Shown here: positions 48,917 to 58,195 of the stretch, in pieces | Layout of the letters: each line of letters opens with the position of its first letter | Numbering within the stretch: position 1 is the stretch's first letter | Assembly: GCA_963711835.1 (NCBI GenBank) | Contig: CAVQFQ010000021.1 | Location: 192,001 to 256,000, forward strand | DNA length: 64,000 nt | Direction: 5' to 3' | From: an uncultured delta proteobacterium | GTDB taxonomy: Bacteria > Desulfobacterota > RBG-13-43-22 | Translations under genes and position numbers: made by a program | The notes under the pieces: model-generated | The model's database searches: none | What the model saw: the letters and a program-made list of their open reading frames with translations, nothing else | What the model was told of the DNA's origin: nothing

Positions 48917-49407
48917 GCTTCTCCTTTGGTAAGTCCTTTGATCGAATCTAATAGATCAAAGAGAAGCTGCAACCAGAGCAACCCTCCGCAGAGACCTACC
49001 AGTATTTTAAAGGGCGCTTTGGAGATTCGTAACTGATCTGTAACCTCCGTTTCCCCGATCCCCAGAATAAACCCTTGCCAGACCACGATACCGACGATCA
49101 CCAGGCTCAGGACCGTGGTGACCACTTGTAGGCCTTTCTGGATTCTCGGGCTGAATCGGGAGGTGACAAAATCAACGGCAACATGGCCCTTGACCTGCTG
49201 GGTGTAGGCAGCGCTTAAAAGGATGATCACGGCCAGCATAAACTCGGATAGTTCAAAAGTGCCGGCCATCGGTTTATTGAAGAAACTCCGGCCGACCACA
49301 TCCCCGGTGGTCAGCAGCATCAAGGGGATGACGAAAATCATCCCGCAGGCCGCGGTATAATAGATTAAACGTTCTACGATCCTTCTAAGACGTTGAAAGG
49401 GTCCCAT
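48904..49407 (-). CDS. dctQ: TRAP small permease
   Basis: About 4 TM, GTFEL, HVAVD. Confidence 0.9.
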   Translation of the reverse strand: MGPFQRLRRIVERLIYYTAACGMIFVIPLMLLTTGDVVGRSFFNKPMAGTFELSEFMLAVIILLSAAYTQQVKGHVAVDFVTSRFSPRIQKGLQVVTTVLSLVIVGIVVWQGFILGIGETEVTDQLRISKAPFKILVGLCGGLLWLQLLFDLLDSIKGLTKGEAWTR

Positions 49408-49424
49408 GAAATTTCCTTATAGAA

Positions 49425-49451
49425 TATCCCCTCCCTTGACGGGAGGGGATA
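49425..49451. repeat. REP-like hairpin TATCCCCTCCC-TTGAC-GGGAGGGGATA after dctP
   Basis: Perfect 11-bp inverted repeat. Confidence 0.7.
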
Positions 49452-49463
49452 ACGAGATTTTTA

Positions 49464-50546
49464 TCAGACTTTCTTGAATTCCGGCGGACAGGCCACCAGC
49501 TTGATGTTCCTCTTTTCGCATTCCTCGTTCATGATGGCCACGGTCTTTTTGGCCGGCAACCCCTTGGCTTCCAGATCGGCCACCCATTTTCGGGTGACGT
49601 CACGGAATTTCTCATACCACTGTTCCGCTTCGGCCTGAGGGAGATCAACCAGTTTGACACCGGCCTTGGTGATGTCCTTCATGATCGCTTCGTAATCATC
49701 GCTGGTCAGGCCGCCGGTTGTTTTAAAAGGATTGGTGCAGACCTGGTCAATAACCTTCTTCTGATCGGCGGTCAGCTTGTTCCAGCTATTCATGTTCATC
49801 ACCGTCCCTTCCGAAACACAGCCGAAGGTCAGGACCGTTGCGAATTTGGCCACCTCATAGAGTTTGAAGGCCAGGATCAAGGGCGGGCAGGTGACAATAC
49901 CGTCCACCGTTCCGGTTTCCACGGCCATATAGACATCCCCCAGGGGCATGAAGATCGGCTCGGCGCCCAGGGACTTGATATAGTTGGTCTGGTGGCCGCC
50001 CGGGGAACGCAGCTTCATTCCTTTCAGATCGGCCATTTTCGAGACCGGCTTCTTGGTCCAGATAAAGGACTGGATGCAGCCGTTCAACTCCAGGACCTTA
50101 ACATTCTTGAACTCATCCTTAAGAGCCCGGTTGTAAACCGCATTGCCGATGTCGGCCGCAATGTCTTTTCCGTTTACCCAGACTGCCATGGAAAGGACAT
50201 CGGTCAGAGGGAAACGCCCCGGTGTCCAGGTGGCGGTAAAATACCCCAGGTCCGACATGCCTTTGGCTACGATGTCAAAATGCTCCGGCCCCTTGCCCAA
50301 AGCTCCGCCGGCATACATGGTATAGGCCATCTGGCCGCCGCTTCTTTTCTTGACCTCCTCCATCATGGGAATCCAGACTGTTTTAACTTCCCGGCTCACC
50401 GGTACATGCCAGGTGCTGAATTTGAGATTTGCGGCCTGGGCGTGCAGCAGGCTGCGGTCAAACAAACCCAGTCCGACGGCCGCCCCGCCGATGGCCGCCC
50501 CCTTCAAAAAACCCCTCCTGGTTAAGTCTCTGCATTCTTCACACAT
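49464..50546 (-). CDS. dctP: TRAP substrate-binding protein with Tat signal
   Basis: LTRRGFLK signal; PGRFP, DLKGMKLR. Confidence 0.9.
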   Translation of the reverse strand: MCEECRDLTRRGFLKGAAIGGAAVGLGLFDRSLLHAQAANLKFSTWHVPVSREVKTVWIPMMEEVKKRSGGQMAYTMYAGGALGKGPEHFDIVAKGMSDLGYFTATWTPGRFPLTDVLSMAVWVNGKDIAADIGNAVYNRALKDEFKNVKVLELNGCIQSFIWTKKPVSKMADLKGMKLRSPGGHQTNYIKSLGAEPIFMPLGDVYMAVETGTVDGIVTCPPLILAFKLYEVAKFATVLTFGCVSEGTVMNMNSWNKLTADQKKVIDQVCTNPFKTTGGLTSDDYEAIMKDITKAGVKLVDLPQAEAEQWYEKFRDVTRKWVADLEAKGLPAKKTVAIMNEECEKRNIKLVACPPEFKKV

Positions 50547-50635
50547 GGGAATACCTCCTTATTTATTTTCTTTATATTCGCACTTCGGATATTCGAATCA
50601 TTAAGTTTCTTGTAAAGATTATAAAGTGCGGGTTA

Positions 50636-50752
50636 CAGGTTGATCAAAAGTGCCCAGATGCAAGGCCCCCGAAGTTCTGAGGAGTGAGGCGTACATAAAC
50701 GTACGCCGCAATCCCGCCTTGGCGGGACAGATGGGTGTTTTGGATCAATCTG
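50636..50752. mobile_element. ~117-bp MITE-like palindromic element with TTA flanks
   Basis: TTA|CAGGTTGATCAAAAG ... TTTTGGATCAATCTG|TTA; internal GGCGTAC/GTACGCC and TCCCGCC/GGCGGGA hairpins. Confidence 0.7.
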
Positions 50753-52243
50753 TTAGACCCATCTCAGAGTCACCGTCTTATCATCCAAAAACAGATTGAT
50801 CGAATCCATCCTGGATTTGGCGCTGCCGAAGAAAGAGTCTTTTTTAGAGCCCAGTCCGAAGAAGGCATACGGCTGAGGGATGCCGGCATTCACCCCCACA
50901 TTGCCGACTTCCACTTCCCGGATGAATTTGCGGGCCTGGATGCCGTTTTTGGTGACGATGCAGGCCGAGTGACCGTAGTTGGAGCTGTTGATCCAGGCGA
51001 TAACCTGATCCAGGTTATCGGCCCGCATGAGATTAGCCAGGGGACCGAAAGCCTCCTCTTTGGCCACTTCCATGGCCGGGTCAACCTCCTCGAAGATCGT
51101 CGGCGCCAGAAAGTAGCCCTTTTCATATCCCGGCACCTTCACGCCCCGCCCATCAAGCACCAGTTTGGCCCCTTCTTTGAGGCCTCGTTCAATGAACCGC
51201 TCCACCTTCTCCTTTCCCTGCCGGGTAGTCAGGGGGCCCATTTCCACCGTCTTATCCAGCCCGTATCCGAGTTTCATGGTCTGGGAGGCCGCGATAAATT
51301 TCTCCTTCAGCTCGTCATAGATGCCGCCCACCACGGCCACATTATCGGCCCCCAGGCAGCGCTGCCCGGTCATACCGAAGCAGCCCCGCAGCAGATACTG
51401 AACCGCTTCATCCGGGTCGGCATCGGGCATGATGACGATCGTGTTCTTCCCGTTCCCGTTCAGCGAAGAACGCTTGCCGTGTTTGCCGCAGAACTCGAAC
51501 AGCTCCCGGCCCAGTGAGGTCGAGCCGATCAGGCCTACTCCCTTGACCCGGGGATCGGAGAGGATCTGCCGGTTAAGATCACGGTCCGGCCCGGTATGAA
51601 TGAGGTTGATCACCCCGGGAGGCAAACCGACCTTCTCGGCCACCTTCATGACGGCGTCTGCGGCTACCGGATTCTGGCGACTGGGCTTGACGATTACCGT
51701 ACAGCCGCAGGCCAGGGCATAAGGGACAAAGGAAGACCAGGCGTGCATGGGGATATTGCCAGGAGTCAGGATGAGAAAAACCCCCACCGGCTCCCGCAGC
51801 CGATAGCAGTCGATGCCGGTAGCCAACTGGTCCACATGCTCTCCGCGATAATAGCTGTACATGGAGCTGCCGGCGGCCTCGATATTCTCAATGCAGCGCT
51901 GGATCGTGCCCACGGCCTCGTCATAGGTCCGGCCGTGATCCTGGACCAGGATCCGCGTCAGCCAATCGAAGTCCTGCCGGAATTGCTCCCGGAGGTTGAA
52001 GACCAATTCGGCCCGGTTGCGAAAAGGGACATTCCGCCATTTCTGGAAGGCCTCATGGGCCGCGGCAACAGCCTGGTCCACCTGATTTTTGCCGGCTATC
52101 GGGGCTTCGGCAATAACCTCGTCCTTAGCCGGATTGGTATCCTCGAAATAGTGGCCGGTTTCCGGCTCCACCCATTCACCGTTGATATAAAGTTTCAGCC
52201 GGCCGTAATGACCGGCCACTTCAGGCAAAAATGGCATGCTCAT
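50753..52243 (-). CDS. CoA-acylating (methylmalonate-semialdehyde-type) aldehyde dehydrogenase
   Basis: LYINGEW, GKRSSLNGNGKN (no catalytic Glu), GQRC, EEAFGP, GVNAGIP. Confidence 0.8.
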   Translation of the reverse strand: MSMPFLPEVAGHYGRLKLYINGEWVEPETGHYFEDTNPAKDEVIAEAPIAGKNQVDQAVAAAHEAFQKWRNVPFRNRAELVFNLREQFRQDFDWLTRILVQDHGRTYDEAVGTIQRCIENIEAAGSSMYSYYRGEHVDQLATGIDCYRLREPVGVFLILTPGNIPMHAWSSFVPYALACGCTVIVKPSRQNPVAADAVMKVAEKVGLPPGVINLIHTGPDRDLNRQILSDPRVKGVGLIGSTSLGRELFEFCGKHGKRSSLNGNGKNTIVIMPDADPDEAVQYLLRGCFGMTGQRCLGADNVAVVGGIYDELKEKFIAASQTMKLGYGLDKTVEMGPLTTRQGKEKVERFIERGLKEGAKLVLDGRGVKVPGYEKGYFLAPTIFEEVDPAMEVAKEEAFGPLANLMRADNLDQVIAWINSSNYGHSACIVTKNGIQARKFIREVEVGNVGVNAGIPQPYAFFGLGSKKDSFFGSAKSRMDSINLFLDDKTVTLRWV

Positions 52244-52425
52244 CTCCTTTTAAAAATATTCTCTCCACCAAATCGAATTATCCCTTTTTCGTTCATAGGC
52301 GACCTGAGCTTAAATACTATCGAAAAAATTTATCAAGAAAAATGTTTATGTTAAAATTGGACAACCAACTATGACCTCCCTGCCGTTTGCTTTCCCCCCA
52401 AAAACAGGGTATACTATTTCCCCTT

Positions 52426-53316
52426 ATGAAACAAAAAAATCCTTTCGAACTATTAGGCATCGCTCCGGAAATGGTTCGTTCCCTGGAAGGCAACGATTTG
52501 TTTTCCCTGGTCAAATCCTCCTACCGGGCACTTATGCTCATTTATCATCCCGACCGAAGTCCTTTAGGCGACCCAATTCTTCAGAACCAGAGGACCCGGA
52601 AAGTGGCTGAAATCAATCTGGCTTTCGAAAAACTGGACCATGACCGCCGTCCGGAATCCTTAGCGCACTGTAAGGAATTGTATCTCCGGCGGATTGGGCA
52701 GGGCTGGAGAAAAACCATCAGGCAGTTAAACCGCGATATTTCAGCCTTGAATTCCCAAAATCAGACCCTTTCTCAAGCCTATCTCCGGCATTTGATGGAA
52801 CCCTGTTTCCGCCACAATCAAGAGCCTTCCACCGGGACGGCCACAATTTTCAACCTCAATAACCGGCAAATCGGACTTCAGGATATTGCCATCAACCATA
52901 ATGTGCGTTCCGTGAACTGGAATTTAGGAACCAATTACAAGGAAATTAAATTTGATGCCGAGGGGAAGATGTTTTATAAACTCCCCTGCCGCAAACGGTT
53001 TATGCAAATCAATTTCATAACCCTCTTAGGTTCGGTGGACAAAAGCCGGGTGGATCTTCTGCCCATACTGGATCGGGTGCTCCCCCGGGATCAAGCCCTG
53101 GAACAAAAGAAATGGAAAAAGGCCTCAGCGGAGAATCTAAAATACTTTGATCTGCTGAACAGTTTGTCCCTCGATGAATTCCGGGAGCATTGCCTGCCTT
53201 TTTTAAAGCCGGAGTTGGAGGAAGGGGCTTTTCTTTTTTCCATCCATCGCACCCGTCCCCAACCCGACCGTATCAACCTCGAAGGGCTCATCATCCGCAT
53301 CCACCCCCGGAGTTAA
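52426..53316 (+). CDS. J-domain protein with uncharacterised C-terminus
   Basis: NPFELLGI...KSSYRALMLIYHPDR...EINLAFEKL. Confidence 0.7.
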   Translation: MKQKNPFELLGIAPEMVRSLEGNDLFSLVKSSYRALMLIYHPDRSPLGDPILQNQRTRKVAEINLAFEKLDHDRRPESLAHCKELYLRRIGQGWRKTIRQLNRDISALNSQNQTLSQAYLRHLMEPCFRHNQEPSTGTATIFNLNNRQIGLQDIAINHNVRSVNWNLGTNYKEIKFDAEGKMFYKLPCRKRFMQINFITLLGSVDKSRVDLLPILDRVLPRDQALEQKKWKKASAENLKYFDLLNSLSLDEFREHCLPFLKPELEEGAFLFSIHRTRPQPDRINLEGLIIRIHPRS

Positions 53317-53811
53317 TCAGGGACCCGAAGGGCTGGGACAAATAGGAACATTTTCGTGAAAAACCCAGATGCGGGAAGTCTTTCCGGGTATCCTTTGGCC
53401 TTGGCCATAGCGTTTTCTAAGCTCAGGATCCCGGGTTAATCCCAAGGCATGATAGGGGCGATTTTTTTTATACCGCCCCAGGTATTCTAAGGCGGCATAG
53501 TGGCCCCCCCGGACGTTTTCATGGACTTCATAATCAATATTCCATTCCTCCTGCCAGCGGATAAAGACCGGGCTCAGACCGGGAGGACTTTGGTTGTCAA
53601 CACCGTCGGCAGGGTAGCATCCCCCATGATCCCCGGCAAAAGCCTCCAAGGCCGAACCGATCTCGTTGGCCCTGGCGATAAATTCCCGGTAAGGGGCTTC
53701 CCTCCCTTTAATGGTCTGGTTGACCGCCAGGAAGGTCACCAAAACCATCAGGGTCACTGTGATCCCCAATTCCCAGCGGGACATCCCCAGGATATTTTTT
53801 TTTACGGACAT
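53317..53811 (-). CDS. Pseudopilin-like hypothetical protein
   Basis: N-terminal GMSRWE followed by a hydrophobic helix, resembling a prepilin site; D.GG.YP. Confidence 0.5.
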   Translation of the reverse strand: MSVKKNILGMSRWELGITVTLMVLVTFLAVNQTIKGREAPYREFIARANEIGSALEAFAGDHGGCYPADGVDNQSPPGLSPVFIRWQEEWNIDYEVHENVRGGHYAALEYLGRYKKNRPYHALGLTRDPELRKRYGQGQRIPGKTSRIWVFHENVPICPSPSGP

Positions 53812-53888
53812 AAGGGATTGACAGGCATGAAATATTTTTTTTATTTATATCGCCTTGACAGGAAAAAGGGAAGGAGATTCTAACCGTT

Positions 53889-54854
53889 ATGGAACCCGCT
53901 TATCTGGACCTCTGGTCCAGGGGAGAATTAAAAAAAAGGACGGAACAGGCCCGAGAAACCCTGCTTTCCTGCACCCTCTGCCCCCGGTCATGTGGGGTAA
54001 ACAGGGCGGATGGAGAAAGAGGTTTTTGCCGGCAAGGATCCCTGCCCAAGGTAGCTAAGGCCCTGCCCCATTTCGGAGAGGAACCGCCCCTCTCAGGCTT
54101 TAAAGGGGCGGGGACGGTTTTTTTTTCAGGCTGCGCCCTTCACTGCCTGTACTGCCAGAATTACCAGATCAGCCAGGAAGGATTGGGGGAAGAAATAACC
54201 CCGATAGAACTGGCCGACCTTTTTTTGGATCTTCAGGATCAGGGCTGTCATAATCTGGACCTGGTATCACCGACCCCTCATCTCCCTTTTATTCTCCAGG
54301 CCCTGGAATCGGCCATCCCCAGGGGTTTTAGACTGCCGCTGGTTTACAACACCCATGGCTATCTCTCCGAATCCACCCTTGCTCTTCTGAATGGGATCGT
54401 GGATATTTATCTCCCTGACCTCAAATATGGGGAAGATCGCCAAGGCTCCCGGCTGTCTCAGGTCGAGAATTATACCGCCTGCGCCCTGAAGGCCATAAAA
54501 ACTATGTTCGGCCAGGTGGGGCCTTTGAGGATTGACGAAAAGGGTCTGGCTTACCGGGGGCTGCTCATACGTCACCTGGTCCTGCCCCAAGACCAATCCG
54601 CCAGCGGAGAAGTCCTAAGGACCCTGGCCTCTTTTTCTCTCCGGATCCCCTTGAGCCTGATGGCCCAATACCGGCCCTGTTATAAAGCCCTCCAGGTCCC
54701 GGAGATCAACCGTCCTTTAGAGGCTGATGAATACCAACAGGTCGTTGACTTGGGAATCCAATTAGGCCTGGAGGAAATCTTTATCCAGGAACTGGAGAGC
54801 GCGGAAATCTATAGCCCGGATTTTGCCGCAGAGGACCCCTTTCAACATCTCTAA
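53889..54854 (+). CDS. Radical SAM protein (PflX-like)
   Basis: CTLCPRSCGVNR, HFGEEPP, CALHCLYCQN, DIYLPDLKY, RHLVLP. Confidence 0.9.
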   Translation: MEPAYLDLWSRGELKKRTEQARETLLSCTLCPRSCGVNRADGERGFCRQGSLPKVAKALPHFGEEPPLSGFKGAGTVFFSGCALHCLYCQNYQISQEGLGEEITPIELADLFLDLQDQGCHNLDLVSPTPHLPFILQALESAIPRGFRLPLVYNTHGYLSESTLALLNGIVDIYLPDLKYGEDRQGSRLSQVENYTACALKAIKTMFGQVGPLRIDEKGLAYRGLLIRHLVLPQDQSASGEVLRTLASFSLRIPLSLMAQYRPCYKALQVPEINRPLEADEYQQVVDLGIQLGLEEIFIQELESAEIYSPDFAAEDPFQHL

Positions 54855-54881
54855 CGATGGACCATCCCTATGAACCCTGGA

Positions 54882-55169
54882 CTTATTAAGGGTCTCATAA
54901 TTGAGGAGCTTGCATTAAATGGGCCCGGGGAGTCTTCTTTTCTGGGTTGTCCACCTTCAAGCCCAAAGCTTCTTTGCCGGGCCAAATTCGGGATCTAATT
55001 CAGAGACAGGCCTACCCTAATGCCCGAAACGGTCTTGAGTGAATGCCCTGCACCTAACCCACTTAGCCGTCCGGGCCGGGATAGGGCGATGAGTTGCCCT
55101 TTGGACAACCCCAGAAAAGAAGACCCCCCGGGCCCTGTTGGTCACTATTATTTTGAGACTCTTAATAAG
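54882..55169 (-). mobile_element. MITE-like element copy 2 with 215-nt structured core (54921-55135)
   Basis: CTTATTAAGGGTCTCA ... TGAGACTCTTAATAAG termini; reverse complement of 15777-16077. Confidence 0.82.
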
Positions 55170-55295
55170 GTCGTGCAGACGGAAGGCCTTTTTTATTCTT
55201 GACATTTTTTTAATCATCGCCAATTAAAAATAGAAGAAATTTTTTTAATATGAGATTATGGAAATCTACCGGTCGGCAGAAAGGAGTGATCTCGG

Positions 55296-56009
55296 GTGCT
55301 GAGAGGAATTTGCCGGAGGGACTCGGCTTGGTTAAAAAAAATGGGTTCTTTGGCCCTGATCGTGTGCCTCTTTTTAGGCTTGTTTTCCTGCCGGCCGGCC
55401 CTTCCGCCGGTCACGGTCGCCCTGCCCGGCCCAGCCTCTCCACCCCCTCCTTCCGAGCAGTTCCCTTCATCCAGTGAGATCGCCAAAACCGCCAAGACAG
55501 CGGAAGACCTGCCCGAACCGGTCTTGATGCCCCATCCTTCCGAGTTGATTCCGACCCTACCGCCCTGTCCCCCTCCCCTGCCGCAAGGAGACTGGGGCAT
55601 CATCGTTAAAAAACAGAAGCGGAAATTGGAACTTTATCAGCGTTGTCAACTGCTGAAAGTCTTTCCCATTGACCTGGGTGAAAACCCCAAAGGTCCCAAA
55701 CTCTTTCAAGGGGATATGAGGACTCCGGAAGGCTTATACCAAGTCATCGAAAAAAAGGATTGGGGGCAGACCAAATACTATCTGGCCTTCCTATTGGACT
55801 ATCCCAACAAACTGGATCGAGCCCGATACGACCAGGCCCTGCTCAAGGGCACCATTCCCAAGGAAACCGGCATCGGGGGGCTGATCGAAATTCATGGGGA
55901 GGGCAAAGGCCTGGATTGGACCCAGGGGTGCATCGCCTTGCACAACCCGCATATGCAGGAATTATTCGCCTCCATCCCGGTGGGAACCCCGGTCTGGATC
56001 GAACCTTGA
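55296..56009 (+). CDS. L,D-transpeptidase family lipoprotein
   Basis: Lipobox LFSC, Pro-rich linker, GDMRTPEG, IEIHG...WTQGCIAL. Confidence 0.88.
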   Translation: MLRGICRRDSAWLKKMGSLALIVCLFLGLFSCRPALPPVTVALPGPASPPPPSEQFPSSSEIAKTAKTAEDLPEPVLMPHPSELIPTLPPCPPPLPQGDWGIIVKKQKRKLELYQRCQLLKVFPIDLGENPKGPKLFQGDMRTPEGLYQVIEKKDWGQTKYYLAFLLDYPNKLDRARYDQALLKGTIPKETGIGGLIEIHGEGKGLDWTQGCIALHNPHMQELFASIPVGTPVWIEP

Positions 56010-56031
56010 TGATTTCAACCCGGGAAGAACC

Positions 56032-56250
56032 ATGATGGCAACACTAAAAAAATGGGGGAATAGCCAGGGATTGCGGTTTTCTAAATCCCTGCTTGAAAAG
56101 GCAAAGATGGGTGTCGGCGACCAGGTGGAGGTCATCGCCGAAGAAGGTCAGATTATTGTTAAAACCCCGCATCAAATCAGGGGAAAATATAGAATCCGGG
56201 ATCTGGTAGCTCGGATGCCCAAGCATTATAAACCAAAGGAAATTTCCTTT
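56032..56250 (+). pseudogene. AbrB/MazE antitoxin, 3'-truncated, toxin missing
   Basis: LKKWGNSQGLR; the family C-terminus is lost at palindrome 56235-56250. Confidence 0.8.
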
Positions 56251-56487
56251 CGATCCGCAATGGAAAAGACCTCGATCTCCTTACTGGAGTCCTTAACCAG
56301 ATAGAGTATCCGGTAATTGCCAACCCTAATTCTGGCGCCTTCCCCGGCCATGAAGCCTTTTGACGTTGCGGAGATAGGGGTTCTTTTTTAAGGCAAGAAT
56401 GGTTTTTATGATTTTGTCATGGATTCTTGGGGGAAGATCATCTAATTCTTTTTCTGCCGATCTTTTTAGGTTGACCGTATATGGCAT
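56227..56487 (-). pseudogene. RelE/ParE toxin with one frameshift (G run near 56343)
   Basis: MPYTVNLKRSAEKELDDLP...KRLHG(fs)RIRVGNYRILY...ADRKEI; TAATG overlap with the antitoxin. Confidence 0.8.
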
Positions 56488-56696
56488 TATCTGCCCTTTT
56501 TCTTCCGGACTGATAGATAGTCGTCTAAGCTTCGGGAGGGTTCCTTGCGACGTTGCTCGATAATAACGGTATCGATCAAGTCTTCAAGAAATTCCTTGTC
56601 GCTCAGCATTTTATCAACGACAGCCTCTCTGGTCTTCTTTGGCAAAGCCCGAAAAGCTGTCAAGAAGACCTCGGACGTTGCCTCTATGGTAGTCAT
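56487..56696 (-). CDS. Putative antitoxin of the RelE toxin
   Basis: Small acidic protein (EDLIDTVIIEQRRKEPSRSLDDYL) coupled to relE. Confidence 0.75.
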   Translation of the reverse strand: MTTIEATSEVFLTAFRALPKKTREAVVDKMLSDKEFLEDLIDTVIIEQRRKEPSRSLDDYLSVRKKKGR

Positions 56697-56803
56697 GGCA
56701 AGCACCTCCATTTCCTTTTTTTATTATAACAAATGGTCAAACGATATCAACCATCGAATACGCAGTCCCTTTTTACAGAGTGCCACCGCCGGAGGCCGGG
56801 TTC

Positions 56804-56875
56804 TTTTCAACTGGCGGTATCTCCCCCCGGTTGAAAAATATTTCATCTCTGCGTCTTTCGCTTCTCCGCGGTAAA
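56804..56875. repeat. Diverged hairpin-plus-tail repeat
   Basis: TTTTCAAC..GTTGAAAA hairpin, then TCTCTGCGTCTTTCGCTTCTCCGCGGTAAA. Confidence 0.6.
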
Positions 56876-56894
56876 TACTGTATTTGGCCGGCCG

Positions 56895-57135
56895 GCCGGG
56901 ATTATTCCGGGATTCCTCCCGTCCTGCGATCCAGACCTTGAAAGTCCGGGGATCGGCCTCTTCGATCTGGTCGATCAGCCAGTCCTTGACTTCCAGGACC
57001 AGCAGGCCCTGCTGTTTGCCGAAAAGAACGAAGTCGGGCTCCTTGCCCTGTTCCCCGATGGTTGGCTCATACCAGCCGATAAAGTCGTTATCCGGCCGGG
57101 CCGCTTCCCGGAGGAACCGAAATACTTTCCGACCC
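56895..57135 (-). pseudogene. NERD nuclease-domain fragment A
   Basis: RKVFRFLREAARPD..WYEP..EPDFVL..GLLVLEVKDW..NP. Confidence 0.8.
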
Positions 57136-57303
57136 ATCGTTCAGGACTTAATAAGCCTGCCCCGGCTGGTAATCAGCCTGGGGGATCCAGCTCTTAAAGC
57201 TGTCCCATCCACATTATATCCACCTTTTAAAGGCCAGCCCCTTCTCCATAGGAACATGGTTTTCTGTCCAGGGTCTTTGCCTATTCTTTTCCAAATAAAT
57301 TTC

Positions 57304-57344
57304 TTGACAACAAAAATAATAAAGTTATACTTTTCATAATAAAG
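57304..57344 (+). promoter_or_regulatory. Sigma70 promoter of abrB-vapC with ATAATAAAG direct repeat
   Basis: TTGACA-N16-TATACT; ATAATAAAG occurs twice. Confidence 0.6.
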
Positions 57345-57354
57345 GAGAACTTTT

Positions 57355-57606
57355 ATGGCCCTGGCACAAATCTCCCCCAAAGGTCAAATTTTACTCCCCA
57401 AGAGGATTCGAAATAAATACGGAGTGCGGCCTGGGGGAAAAGTCCATCTTCTGGAACAAGCCGACGGCATTCTTATCAAGCCGGCCCCCCAGGATCCTGT
57501 AGAGACCGCCTGCGGGTTTCTTAAAGGCGATTTTCCCCTGACCAAAGATCTTCTCAAGGAACACCTCAAAGAACGGCGCCATGGAACAACCCGTCATCCT
57601 CGATAG
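57355..57606 (+). CDS. AbrB/MazE-family antitoxin
   Basis: ISPKGQILLPKRIR..G..PG. Confidence 0.88.
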   Translation: MALAQISPKGQILLPKRIRNKYGVRPGGKVHLLEQADGILIKPAPQDPVETACGFLKGDFPLTKDLLKEHLKERRHGTTRHPR

Positions 57607-57997
57607 TTTTGCGTTAATCAGCCTGTTTCACCGGGAACCCGGCTGGGAAACAGTCCATTCCATTCTAAAAGACCTAGCCCAAAAAAAGAAGAAGGCCGTT
57701 CTATGCCGGATTAACTGGGGCGAATTCTACTACATTGTAAAAAGGCGCGTCGGCCAGACCAAAACACTGGAGGCCCTGGCATTGATCGAACAATTGCCCA
57801 TAGACATTCTTTCGGTGGACGATCCGCTGATCAGCGAAGCGGCAGAAATCAAGGCCGATTATCCCATCGCCTATGCAGATGCCTTTTGTGTGGCTACGGC
57901 CAAGAGAATGGATGGCCTGATAGTGACCAGCGATCCTGAATTTAAGGCTGTGGAAAAATTGATTCCGGTACGATGGATAACCGGCCGGAAAAAATAA
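57581..57997 (+). CDS. vapC: VapC PIN-domain toxin
   Basis: VILDSFA, INWGEFYY, YADAF, TSDPEF. Confidence 0.9.
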   Translation: MEQPVILDSFALISLFHREPGWETVHSILKDLAQKKKKAVLCRINWGEFYYIVKRRVGQTKTLEALALIEQLPIDILSVDDPLISEAAEIKADYPIAYADAFCVATAKRMDGLIVTSDPEFKAVEKLIPVRWITGRKK

Positions 57998-58039
57998 TCC
58001 GATTTTTTCCACACCAAGAAATCCTCTTTTTGATAACGT

Positions 58040-58140
58040 AAGACCTTCCGTTCGCCCTCGGTGGCGCTTGCCAGGCCTTCGATATCCTCGGGGTGCATGC
58101 GGGCCATGTCAATTTTATTCCACGAATTCAAGAACGTCCC
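58040..58140 (-). repeat. NERD gene 5' stub B (leader plus MARMHPEDIEGLASATEGERKV)
   Basis: Near-identical to 59381-59481. Confidence 0.85.
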
Positions 58141-58195
58141 GGACTTTGAAATAATCCTACTTGATTTTTTCCACCACATAGTGTAAATTTTAACC

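Noticed and set aside
49464-50546. Tat-signal DctP as a novelty
   Set aside because: Tat-exported TRAP binding proteins are already known.
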